The notes under the pieces were generated by a model. The model ran no database searches. It was not told the origin of the DNA and saw nothing but the letters and a program-made list of their open reading frames with translations. A stretch of 63,595 nucleotides of DNA, filler included, from Craspedostauros australis (Eukaryota), in NCBI GenBank assembly GCA_030167865.1. It is 6 parts of 6 records of this genome, joined end to end, with 100 filler letters (N's around TTAATTAATTAA, not from the genome) between each part and the next. Parts side by side here need not be neighbours in the genome. Positions count along the whole stretch, not along the records: positions 40,705 to 60,881 come from JALAGF010002686.1; 5 more parts are not named here. The stretch is one strand, 5' to 3'. The translations under genes and the position numbers were made by a program. Below are positions 45,163 through 55,207 of the stretch, piece by piece; the first letter of the stretch is position 1, and the number at the start of each line of letters is the position of its first letter.

Positions 45163-47308
45163 GTTGAAATGTTCTTGGTGAGACGATACTTCACGATACG
45201 TGGTTGGGTTGTGTCGTGTGAGGGTGTGACAATGTTCTGTCTTTTGCAACGAGGTTCCTGCTTGTGTTGGTACGCAAGTGGGTCTGCGAAAGGATTTTAT
45301 GAGGACGGATGTGGATGTTCACAGCGTTTGGCAGGTGCCGCACAAGGTATGTATGGTATGCACGAGAGAGGATGTCGATGTGCGGTGCGAGGAGTACAGA
45401 AATGAATGACCCAACGAGCGAACGTGTGCGTGTATCGTCGTGGCGTGGAAGGCTGCTCTTGCTCGTTGTGGGCAGCTCTCAAGTATGTATGGCGAAGTCG
45501 TTACCGCGAAGCTAAGCCTGGCTGCCGCTTTTGGTCTTTTCGATCTCTCTTCTTTCTGTTCTGCGGAGCAAGTCCTCGTAGTTGTTCCTCGTCGCGGTCT
45601 GTCAAGTTGTTGCCACAGAGGGCCACTGACATTGCTGTCGCGCTGCCGTGTCGTTGTTGATGTTGTTGCCGTGACGACAGAGCGTGCTTCGCCCAGACGC
45701 TCACAGCGACGAGCCAGAGAGAGAAGGGGACGGTACTGCGCCTTGCCTTGTCTGCTACCTGCGTGCGTTAGTTTGGCGTGGTGCTGGCGCAGGTACGGCA
45801 GTTGGTGGACGAGTTCGGTTTGGCAAACCTGAATGAGAAAGGAACACTATTCTCTGTTGCTTCGCCCTGCAGGCTACGTCTTGTCTCTGGTGGTAAGACC
45901 TGGTAACACACACACGTACGACAAGGCAATTCGGCCCGGAATCTTATTCCGTCACAAGAGAAGGTGTGACGAAGCGAATTCCTCTGAGCAATGCTGAAGA
46001 AGAGCCCCTCCTCCGTTTGCGCGTCTCGTCCTCCCAATTCCGCGCGGAAAGAACCCAATGCGACCCGAATACCGACAGCTACCAGCGAACGATGAGATGT
46101 GTTCCACAGTGAGCAGAATTCCGCACAGTGTTGTCCGCAATCCTTCGGAGAGGGGCTCCCTTTTGGGCAGGCGGTTGTGTGTTCTGTGGTGGAGACGTGA
46201 GAGATGCAGAGTCCGAACAGAGGAGGATGAGCGACTGTTGAAGTATCCTTTCGTGATCCGCCTCGCTACGATTGTCGTCGTTGTTGGTGTTGGTGTTGTC
46301 GTTGTCGGCGTTAGTTGTTCCTACGGTATCGGCTCAACAAGCAGCCAAGAAAGGGTGAATCGATGAGAAAAGAGACTGTTTTTCCACCGCTCTTTCTCGC
46401 TGTCGCAGGCCTCTGGTGTGATTCGAGTGTTAGATCGTCTCGTCTCGTCTCGTTGTTGTCGTTGTCGTTGCTTGTTGGTGTTGCTGTCGCTGGCGGCGTT
46501 GATGGTGTTCCCACGGCCGCCGTTGAAGATGCCGATGTTGACGATGTTTCGCTTGGTTGCTGCGGCAACGCCACCCCGGCTGCCGCTCTCCTCACACGAG
46601 ATGGTCGTGGCGATGGTCAAGAGCGAGAACCCTTCACCATGGACGATGAGCGTGAACGATGAGCATGCGGACATGAACCGATCCATGGCCAACAGAGAGA
46701 GGAAGGAAACCAAGCAGTGGAGGCCTTCTTGTTGCTTCGCCGACTACAGAACATTGAGCAACAACAGGAATTCGATGTGTGTTGCCAATGGTCTGCATGT
46801 GATCGCGTTTTGAGGTTAGTTGGATGGATGCGGTTTGTGCGTGTGGCAGCGCGAACTGCTGTTTCGTGTCTTTGGAACAGATGGCCAAGAAGAACACATG
46901 GCCATTCCTACAACTTCACGATGGGGATTATTGTAACAAACAACATATTTCCCTAGCGTATAATCGGTTGCTGTGACAAGGAAAGTTCAACGTTCTGTCG
47001 CATTCCATTTGTTGCTCTTTCCGATCACAAGCGTGGATCGAATCATTCGGTTCCAGGATCCATCAATCACGAGCATGAGAGCATGGAATTGATGAGACAC
47101 GTTTGAATTGCCGCACCTTCCACACATCACCCACCACCAAATCGCGAAATCAGAAATCTTCCGCACGCGAGCACATCGGCGCAACGCAGAACAACACAAC
47201 AAACACAGCCACAACCAGACACGAGCAGGCGTACAAGGGAACTGCGCTCAGCCCTCCCCCTTGTTGATGGATACATCGGCTCTCACCAACACCATCACGC
47301 AACAAAGA

Positions 47309-48355
47309 ATGACGACATCACGCCGCCGCTTGTTGCTGTGCACCTTGCTGGCCGCCTTGTCTGCCACCCGCGCCCAGCCCGGCGCCTACTTCCGCCACAA
47401 GACCGTGCTGATCCCGCACGATGACAAGAAGTTCCGAGGCGGTGAAGACGCCGCCTCGACATCCGATACGATGCTCGTGGTGGCCGACGGCGTCGGAGGA
47501 TGGGCGCGGCATGGCGTGAATCCCGGGCTGTTCTCGCGCAAGCTGACGAGCACGGTGCTGAAGCTGGACGAGGAGAACACGAAGAACAGCACGCTCGTGG
47601 AGATCGTGCACACGGCCAACTGGAGGAGCGCCAGGGAGCATCTGGGATCGGCGACGTGCACCGTGGTGAAGATCCAGGGCTGGGACACCATCAGCACGCT
47701 CAATGTGGGCGACTCGGGGTACGCGCACTTTCGCGTGGCGGCGCCGGCCGATGATGGCGATGATGATGCAACGTTGGATCCGTCCTCGCTGCAGTTGCTG
47801 TTCGAATCCGTGCCAGGCCAGAAAGGCTTCAACTATCCCTACCAGCTGGGCGGAAAGAACGGCGATCAGGTTGCGGATGCGGCGGTGCTGGCGGATCACA
47901 AGTTTGAGCATGGCGATGTCATCGTGACGTTCTCGGATGGTGTCTCGGACAACCTCTTCATCAAGAACTTCGACAAGTGCTTGCTGTCGTACATGGACAA
48001 GAGCGCGGCCGCAGACAAGGACTGGGCCAACCTCTTCACGAGCTACTCGCTGCCTGCGGATTGCATCGCGCGCACGGCGTACTTCTTGGGCAAGGACCCG
48101 ACCTTGGACTCGCCCTTCGCGCAGGGTGCCAGGAAGATCGGCAAGCGATACCACGGCGGCAAGCATGACGACATCACAGTCACCGTGGCGCAGGTGTTCA
48201 TTGGCGACCCGACCGACGCCGAGACGATGGGCGTTGTCGAGGATGATCCCCATTACTCGGATTCCATCCACATTTACACAGGACCTGTCGGAACTGTCGA
48301 AGATCTGCCCAAACCTGCGCCGAGGAAGCCCGTGGCGGCCCACACCGAGCTGTAA
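47309..48355 (+). CDS. PP2C/PPM phosphatase, PTC7 family, with signal-peptide-like N-terminus and C-terminal HTEL
   Basis: Motifs GGEDA, VADGVGGW, GSAT, NVGDSG, FNYPYQLG, SDGVSDNL, SPFA, GGKHDDITV. Start chosen at MTTSRRRLLLCTLLAALSATRA; alternative ATG at 47267. Confidence 0.9.
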   Translation: MTTSRRRLLLCTLLAALSATRAQPGAYFRHKTVLIPHDDKKFRGGEDAASTSDTMLVVADGVGGWARHGVNPGLFSRKLTSTVLKLDEENTKNSTLVEIVHTANWRSAREHLGSATCTVVKIQGWDTISTLNVGDSGYAHFRVAAPADDGDDDATLDPSSLQLLFESVPGQKGFNYPYQLGGKNGDQVADAAVLADHKFEHGDVIVTFSDGVSDNLFIKNFDKCLLSYMDKSAAADKDWANLFTSYSLPADCIARTAYFLGKDPTLDSPFAQGARKIGKRYHGGKHDDITVTVAQVFIGDPTDAETMGVVEDDPHYSDSIHIYTGPVGTVEDLPKPAPRKPVAAHTEL

Positions 48356-48799
48356 TCACAATTGAAAAGAGTTGGATTTGTCATTGGCGAATCCAAATGC
48401 TCCAACATTGTTTGTTGTGTAGCCAAGCAGTGTATCATTTTGTACAAGTGCAAATGCAAGCGCAAGTGGATAGTGCTGTGGATACCATACAATCCCCAGA
48501 GTGATTGTGAGGCGTTGTCCAAGTATTGTTTGTGTTCGCAGCGTTTGCCGCAGTTGCGATCGGAGGGATGTTTCGCGCCAAAATTGAACACCATCTGCAC
48601 CAACACAAACAGTGGCGACAGACAACACCGCGACAACTGTGGGCAAGCCGTTCCGACGCGCAGTGACAACAACACTCGTCCAAGCAGAGCAGAACAGTTG
48701 GCATGCTCTGGTGTTGATGCATTTACATAACAGAGCGGCAACAACGATCCCAACCGTGGTGAGAACAAGAATAGAATACAGAGCACTCTCTTCCACAAC

Positions 48800-50584
48800 A
48801 TGGGTCCTGATGTATCGTCACCAGCAGCACAAAGCATACCAGCAGACCCACACCAACATCAGCAGCAGCATCGCTATCACCATGATGACGAACAGCAGCA
48901 ACAACAACAGCAGCACGATTCTGCGAGTACGGCTGCACCGAGATCATACCTCTTCGACTCTGCAGACACTGCGATACATGACTATGAGGGGCCATTCAGC
49001 TTCCATCACCATCCACAGTCACCACCACAGCCACCACCACTGGCAGCAATAGCAACAGCAACAGCAGCAGACACCAATGACATGGCACATGAGTCAAGCA
49101 CCGGTCCTGCAAACCCATACGCTCGTTCCAGCAACAACACGAGCATGGCAGTGCATGCACACACTAATAGTGCATCAGTAACCACTGTCAACAACAACAA
49201 CAACAACAACAACAACTCCCAACAAAAACGACAATTCGAGTGCCTCTACACAAAGCACAAGACCCAAAAGCGCAAGATCTGGCATGACGGACGGCTGGTC
49301 ATCTCCGGCATTCGTGCTCTGCTGTATTCCGCCGATCCAACACCAGGCACGGGAGATCCGAGGCTGGATCAGTGCGAGATCACGCCCATGCAACGGCAGT
49401 GCATCCTTGCCAATCCAGAAGATCATTCCGAGCTGGAGTCGGATCAATTTCTCATTCAGATCGAGGGGCCGTGGGTGCCTCGCAATCGTACAACCACCGT
49501 GGCAACTTCTCTATCGAAACGAAGACAACCCAATGCAACCACTACAATCGCCAATGGCATTGCCTCCACGCGTACCAGCAACACCAGAACGACGCAGATC
49601 GGGTTAACGCAGACTGGGATGAAACGATTGCTGTCCAAGAAGTTCCAAAAACCAAAGGCCTTCATTCCAACTCAGGAATCCATCCACACCGGCAACAACC
49701 GCGAAGGCCGGCTGCGATCGATCTTTGCGAACCGCAAGAGGCCGCTGCAGCCTGGCGAATTGCGACGCATGCATTATCGCAACGGCAGACCGCCGCAACA
49801 TCGTCCCAATTCTGGGCAACCGCAAAACCAGACCGCTGCTGCCGCCGTCCAGCCAACAGAGCATCGCACATCGTCCAACCCGTATCGTCGGCGGCAAAAT
49901 GCCAGCGCGCACGCTCCTCGCCAACAACCTCCTGAGGAACGACAGACGATTCCCAATCACCCACAGCAAGAAGATGCGGATCATTCCCATCGGTTTCGCC
50001 AATTTGGCGCGCAGCAAGCTGTTGCGCAACAGCAGATGCAAGGACGGAGGGATGTGGAGCAGTTCGCAGCACAGCCGGATGGCACGAGGCAGGACGGTCC
50101 ACGGAACATTCCTCAGCACCAACAGCAACAGCAGCAGCAACAGCAGCAACAACGACCATTCGCAAAGAACAACGCCAATTCAGACGGAACAGATGAACCG
50201 CCACAGAAGCAATCGGCGTTGTTCACGACAAATGACTTCAACGAGAACAGCTTTTACGGTGAGGAAGAAGAGGAAGAACAAGACGATGATGACAACGTTG
50301 GGATGCCGTTTGCGGGTGGAATTCCTTTGTTCGACACTCCAGCTGGATTTTCAATGGGTCAGCCAGATGGAGTGAACGGCGTAACGAACAACTTCCAACC
50401 ACAGCAACACCATGTGTCCGATGAGACTCAGGCAAGCCGGGATGTTTCAGGTAATCGCCAACAGGATGCTGCATCCGAAACGACGACGCCGCAATCGAGA
50501 CCGTCGTCAATCAATGCGTCGCCTCCGAACACGCAGGTCAAGCGGGATCTGATGGCTTGGTTTGGCGAGGCGCCACCTCCATGA
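48800..50584 (+). CDS. DUF2439 (ZGRF1/Mte1 N-terminal-like) domain protein, 594 aa
   Basis: FECLYTKHKTQKRKIWHDGRL...ALLY...ELESDQFLIQIE is the DUF2439 pattern. The remainder is Q/N-rich low complexity. Confidence 0.78.
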   Translation: MGPDVSSPAAQSIPADPHQHQQQHRYHHDDEQQQQQQQHDSASTAAPRSYLFDSADTAIHDYEGPFSFHHHPQSPPQPPPLAAIATATAADTNDMAHESSTGPANPYARSSNNTSMAVHAHTNSASVTTVNNNNNNNNNSQQKRQFECLYTKHKTQKRKIWHDGRLVISGIRALLYSADPTPGTGDPRLDQCEITPMQRQCILANPEDHSELESDQFLIQIEGPWVPRNRTTTVATSLSKRRQPNATTTIANGIASTRTSNTRTTQIGLTQTGMKRLLSKKFQKPKAFIPTQESIHTGNNREGRLRSIFANRKRPLQPGELRRMHYRNGRPPQHRPNSGQPQNQTAAAAVQPTEHRTSSNPYRRRQNASAHAPRQQPPEERQTIPNHPQQEDADHSHRFRQFGAQQAVAQQQMQGRRDVEQFAAQPDGTRQDGPRNIPQHQQQQQQQQQQQRPFAKNNANSDGTDEPPQKQSALFTTNDFNENSFYGEEEEEEQDDDDNVGMPFAGGIPLFDTPAGFSMGQPDGVNGVTNNFQPQQHHVSDETQASRDVSGNRQQDAASETTTPQSRPSSINASPPNTQVKRDLMAWFGEAPPP

Positions 50585-50949
50585 TTCTGCGTTACAGCCA
50601 TGCAATCTGTTCCACTCTATTCTACTCCACATTGCCGTGTATAGCTGTGCAGGAGTTCTGTACACACCAGTAGAGTCGACGTCTGTATGGATAAAGTAAA
50701 ACATTATTTAGTGCAGTTGTTTGGAGCGTCTTGTTTGATTGCATGAACACCGTGTACTCGCAATTCGTGTGTTCTCTGGAGGACCTATGAATCGCTGCAT
50801 TGTCTTCATTGGCAGCCTCGAGTGAACTTTCTTCTTCTAGTTGCTTGCTTGCTTGCTTTCTTTCTTCATACAATATTATCTAAAGGAACATTCTCGTATC
50901 ATGTCCTCGCAAAATGTTTGCGTTGACCTGAGAGATCGGTCGGATTTGA

Positions 50950-53900
50950 TCAGTGCATGTGCGACGATTCTTTGTCCTCGTCGAGGTTTGAGTCAGCCTC
51001 ATCATCGTTGTCTTCGTCACCTTCATCAATCCCATCTTCATCGCCGTAATCATATTCATCATCATCATCTTCGTCGTCATCATTCTCAAAATCATCCAAA
51101 TCCAACCCTTCCAGGCCGGCCAACGCGTCTTCGTCTTCATCGAGCGGCGTGCTGATTTCTTGCATGGTCCTGGCCAGTCGTTCCCAATCCGATCGCAGCA
51201 CGACGTAGGATAGCGTGCAGGCAGCGGTGGCGTAGCCGACAGTGATGGCGCCGACGACGGCGTTGAGATCGAGGAAGAAGCCAAAAATGACGATCAAGGC
51301 GATGGGCATGGCGACCAGCCAACGCGAGAAGAACATCATGATGGTGGCAAGGCGGAATCTGCCTTGCGCGCCAATGAGGGACCATGAGATCTGCGAGAAG
51401 GCCATCGTGATGTTGGCGATTCCGAGGAGGCCGATGGTGTCGTTGAGGAGGTGCTGGATGGTGCGGTCGGAGGTGAGGAGGACGGCGATGGGACGCCCGG
51501 CCATGTAGAGGATGGAGGTGGCGATCAGCGACCCGACGATGGACATCCACATGATCTTGTTGGCCAGTTTTCTGGAGCGGCTGGCATTTGGGATGGAGAG
51601 GAGGTAGGCGACGCGGATGGCCGCGGCTTCTCCGATGCCTTCCGTGGAGGCTTCCAGGATCTCCCACACATTCCCCAGCAACGCCCAGGTGGCGACCTCG
51701 GCCGGACCGAGGTACTGGAGGAAGATGGTGAGCAGTTCCCATTCGCCGAATTCCAGGAAGGTTCCGATGAGCAAGGGGACGGTGGAGGTCGCCATGATGA
51801 CGAACGAGGAGAAGTTGTGGTAGAGCGCAAAGGATTGCAGCAGGCCCTTGCGGAATGGCTTCATCCAGCCTTTTGCGACGGGGTATAAGATCTTGATCAT
51901 CGCCGCCGCGATGCCGATGAGGAGCTGCGTGTATCCCACGACAGTGAGGTCGGCACCGTGCTTGAATCGGGTGATGCAGGCGATGGTGATCATGGAGAAG
52001 AGGTGGGAGAAGAAGTCGATGACGGACTCGAAGTGCTCGTGACCGCAGATGTGGAAGACCACGGTGAAGGTCCGCCCGATGGCCTGGATGAGGTAATGGA
52101 ACAGAATGACCTTGGTGTAGTCCGCAGCGATATCGGCAATGGCGGATGACTGCACGAGCCACTCGACGACGTCGCCCATGTAGATCATCCAGATGACGAC
52201 AAGCGGTGAGCAGAGGAGTATCTGCAGGACGACCGCGAGCTGCACGCACTGGCCGCTGACGATTGCTGCGTTGGGTTCTCCGGAGTAGATGGCTTGCTGC
52301 ACGAATGCCGAGAGCGCGTCGATGACCGCACCGGCGACTTGCTCGATCGTGAGGCGCGCAAAGAGGACCACGAGAAGGAAGGCCACCATCTCGTTGGATC
52401 CCAGGTAGTTGGAGATGAATGCGACCGTGATGAGCCGGAAGAGCGGTTCTGCCATGGCGCCAATGGTCAGCGGCAGCGCGAGGCGGAAGATACGGCCGCT
52501 CTCGTCGTCGATCTCCGCAATCTCGAACATGGCCTCGACGGCCGAGGTCATGCAACCGAGCTTGACGCCGTAACCGGAACGGAAGACGGGCTTGGTGGGT
52601 GCGTCATCGTCCTGAACGCCCATGAAGATGTTGCCGCGGCCTGGATCATCCGCATCCGCGGCATCGTTGGGAGTGATGTCATCGACGATGGAGGGCATGA
52701 TGGATGGCTCGCTGCCTGTGAGCGTGGAGAATGATCCCGTGCGGCTGAGGCGACCCACGACGAACCGGTTGCCGTGCAGCTGATGCCGCTGCGAGCCCAT
52801 CGAGAGCCGGCGCAGCATGGAGGGATGCACCACGACGCCTGCTGGGCTGGGGTCCTGCACGAGCATACCGTTCGCGACGTCGCTCATGGTGCCGTTGCGG
52901 GCCTGACCTGGGTGGCGGCGCAGGTGCTGGATGTGTCGCGGGGTCGATCCATCAGCAGCCTGGCCAGCTCCACGATGGTGCATGTCCCATGACTTCATGC
53001 TGAAGGACTCGCTTCGGATGGCATTGCGGATGGTGTCCACGCGGCCAATGGGCCTCCTCGTCTTCCAACGTCGTCCGTTGACATCCCAAATGCCAGCCGG
53101 GATGCGCGTGATGCTGTGGCCGCTGCTATGAACACTCTGGCGTTGGTTGTTCGACGCTTGCTGTTGTTGTTGTTGTTGTTGCGACTGCAGCTGCGAACGC
53201 GATCCCAAGGCCCCCTTCGTGCGCAGCTTCTGACCTTGACGAGAGTGCAGCCTGGATGTGGTAGCGACGCTGGGAACTGTACTTGGCGGCCTCCTGTTGG
53301 GTGCATCCAACCTTGTTCTGCCAGCAGCTCCTGTCGAGCTTTGGATGCGGCTGTGACGCCTCAGCATGGCCGAGCCGGACAGCTGCGATGTGAAGTCGGG
53401 ATCCTGGTCTGGGTATTCAGCGGATGCAACACGGTCCAATCCACGAAAGACAAAGCCCAATGCGCTCGAAGCCGCTGACGAACGGCGCCTTGTTCGTTGC
53501 TCCAGATGAGAAGTTGAAGCTTGGCCCATGGCTGATCCTGGCTTTGCTCCGTCTGCCTGGTGTGCGGCGTTGCCGTTGTTGTTGTTGCTGGTAGCGTTGT
53601 TGCTGGTGGTAGCGGTGCTGTTCTTATGAGTTGTGAAGGCACGACTTCCGTTTGGTCTTGAGTCCACGCTGCGCTCACTGCGCGTTCTGGTCATCGATGA
53701 CACCACATTGGGAAGCGGTGGCACTTGCTTGTTGGCGTGATGTTGTTGATGTTGTTGTTGTTGCCTCGAGGATCTGCGGGTGGCTGGCATGGGCTCTGGT
53801 GCGGTCTCCTCAGCCCCCAGAGAAGAGTGGCCTTCGGACTCCGTCTGGTTCGTGATGTCGCTGGTTTTGTGCGCATTCTGCTGTTCATCACCATGCTGCC

Positions 53901-54183
53901 TTCCGGCATGGTGGTTGGCGTCAGCACCGCCTGCATCCCAAGCCTGTTGTTGCTGCTGCTGCTGCTGCAACTGAAGCTGCTCTGCCTTCTTGGCATCCAG
54001 CTCTGCTTCCGCTGCCGCCTCTTCGGCTATGCGCTCGAAGTGCTGTCCCAACCGCACCAAAGGAACTATGAGCAGCAACGCAACGCAGGTGTAGGCCACC
54101 ACGAAGGCGTAGAAGGGTGCTCCCGTTTCGTTTGCCTCCACGATGTATTGCGGGAACGCGTCCGTTGTGATCGTTGAAGGCAT
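50950..54183 (-). CDS. MATE-family transporter with extra N-terminal TM and long disordered linker, about 1077 aa
   Basis: C-terminal multi-TM MATE region (IFRLALPL, AFISNYLG, VPLLIGTFLEFGEWELL, LGPAEVATW, EGIGEAAAIRVAYLL, LIGAQGR) and acidic tail. ATG 54183 precedes the first hydrophobic segment; the frame is open to 54642. Confidence 0.88.
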   Translation of the reverse strand: MPSTITTDAFPQYIVEANETGAPFYAFVVAYTCVALLLIVPLVRLGQHFERIAEEAAAEAELDAKKAEQLQLQQQQQQQQAWDAGGADANHHAGRQHGDEQQNAHKTSDITNQTESEGHSSLGAEETAPEPMPATRRSSRQQQQHQQHHANKQVPPLPNVVSSMTRTRSERSVDSRPNGSRAFTTHKNSTATTSNNATSNNNNGNAAHQADGAKPGSAMGQASTSHLEQRTRRRSSAASSALGFVFRGLDRVASAEYPDQDPDFTSQLSGSAMLRRHSRIQSSTGAAGRTRLDAPNRRPPSTVPSVATTSRLHSRQGQKLRTKGALGSRSQLQSQQQQQQQQASNNQRQSVHSSGHSITRIPAGIWDVNGRRWKTRRPIGRVDTIRNAIRSESFSMKSWDMHHRGAGQAADGSTPRHIQHLRRHPGQARNGTMSDVANGMLVQDPSPAGVVVHPSMLRRLSMGSQRHQLHGNRFVVGRLSRTGSFSTLTGSEPSIMPSIVDDITPNDAADADDPGRGNIFMGVQDDDAPTKPVFRSGYGVKLGCMTSAVEAMFEIAEIDDESGRIFRLALPLTIGAMAEPLFRLITVAFISNYLGSNEMVAFLLVVLFARLTIEQVAGAVIDALSAFVQQAIYSGEPNAAIVSGQCVQLAVVLQILLCSPLVVIWMIYMGDVVEWLVQSSAIADIAADYTKVILFHYLIQAIGRTFTVVFHICGHEHFESVIDFFSHLFSMITIACITRFKHGADLTVVGYTQLLIGIAAAMIKILYPVAKGWMKPFRKGLLQSFALYHNFSSFVIMATSTVPLLIGTFLEFGEWELLTIFLQYLGPAEVATWALLGNVWEILEASTEGIGEAAAIRVAYLLSIPNASRSRKLANKIMWMSIVGSLIATSILYMAGRPIAVLLTSDRTIQHLLNDTIGLLGIANITMAFSQISWSLIGAQGRFRLATIMMFFSRWLVAMPIALIVIFGFFLDLNAVVGAITVGYATAACTLSYVVLRSDWERLARTMQEISTPLDEDEDALAGLEGLDLDDFENDDDEDDDDEYDYGDEDGIDEGDEDNDDEADSNLDEDKESSHMH

Positions 54184-55207
54184 GTTGTCGCTGTTGTTGT
54201 TGTCGCTGTTGTTGTTGTTATTGTACTCTGTTGCTGTTGCTGCTGTTGCCTTCACTGATTGTCGCGGTGTGCTGAGAGAGTGACGCTTGATGCCTCTGAT
54301 GCTTCTTGCTTGATGGGTCGGGATTGGTTGAATCGGTTGTTGTTCTTGCTGCTGTCGAAAGTGCTGTGGAAGAGCCGTTTCTTGGTACAATTCCCTCCAC
54401 GACGCAAGGCGCTGCTCTGGAATACGAACAGAATGGAGCCAAAACAGGGGCGCGAGTGGATGGTGCGCTTGCGTCTTGTTTGGTTTCTCCCTCTCGTGGG
54501 TGTCTTCTGATCTCTCGACTCGAATTAGCACTCCTTTGATGTCAACGTCTGTTGCTGTTGCTCTTGGTATTAACTTCCGAGAAGACTTCCGTTCTGCTGA
54601 TGACTTCGGTATCCACGATGTTGCGAATGACGACGAGGGCAACGATGATGATGATGATGATGATGCGTTTGTGTTTGTTCTGTTTGCGGAAGCAGCTCTG
54701 CCCCCAACCAGACAAGAACCACATCAACACGAGATGCTCCCTGCCAAAACGGCAACGACAAGGAAAGGAACAGCCTCACCATCGTCACGTTGTTGTTTCC
54801 TGCTCAGGCACGGAAGCGCATGTGGTTGTCAATTGCACGTGCTTCTAGTACCCACACTTTTTGCACGATTCAATGCAGTCGACTCGATCGACAAACAAAG
54901 AAGTCTAACAATCTGCTGAACCATCTTCGGCCTGTTCCAATCACTTCGTATCAACACCGTGCTCTGCTCAATCATTTGTTCAGACAGAGTGCCACCCAAG
55001 GGCGCTTGCCTCATCATCACACCGCCCGTACTGTCTGGAGCAGATTGCTCTCTGTAGTATTATAGATTAATGTATTCCATTACAGTTGGATTGCACGAGT
55101 ATTACTCTGCAGTATTCGGCCATGACACGCTTCATGACACCGCCAGTTGTGGCACATGTGGGGGGGATGCACGCAAAGCGCGGTGCACCCCGTATTAAGT
55201 AACGCTT

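Noticed and set aside
46311..46713. Short minus-strand ORF with somewhat coding-like codons
   Set aside because: No motif or splice support; cannot be distinguished from intergenic sequence without expression data.
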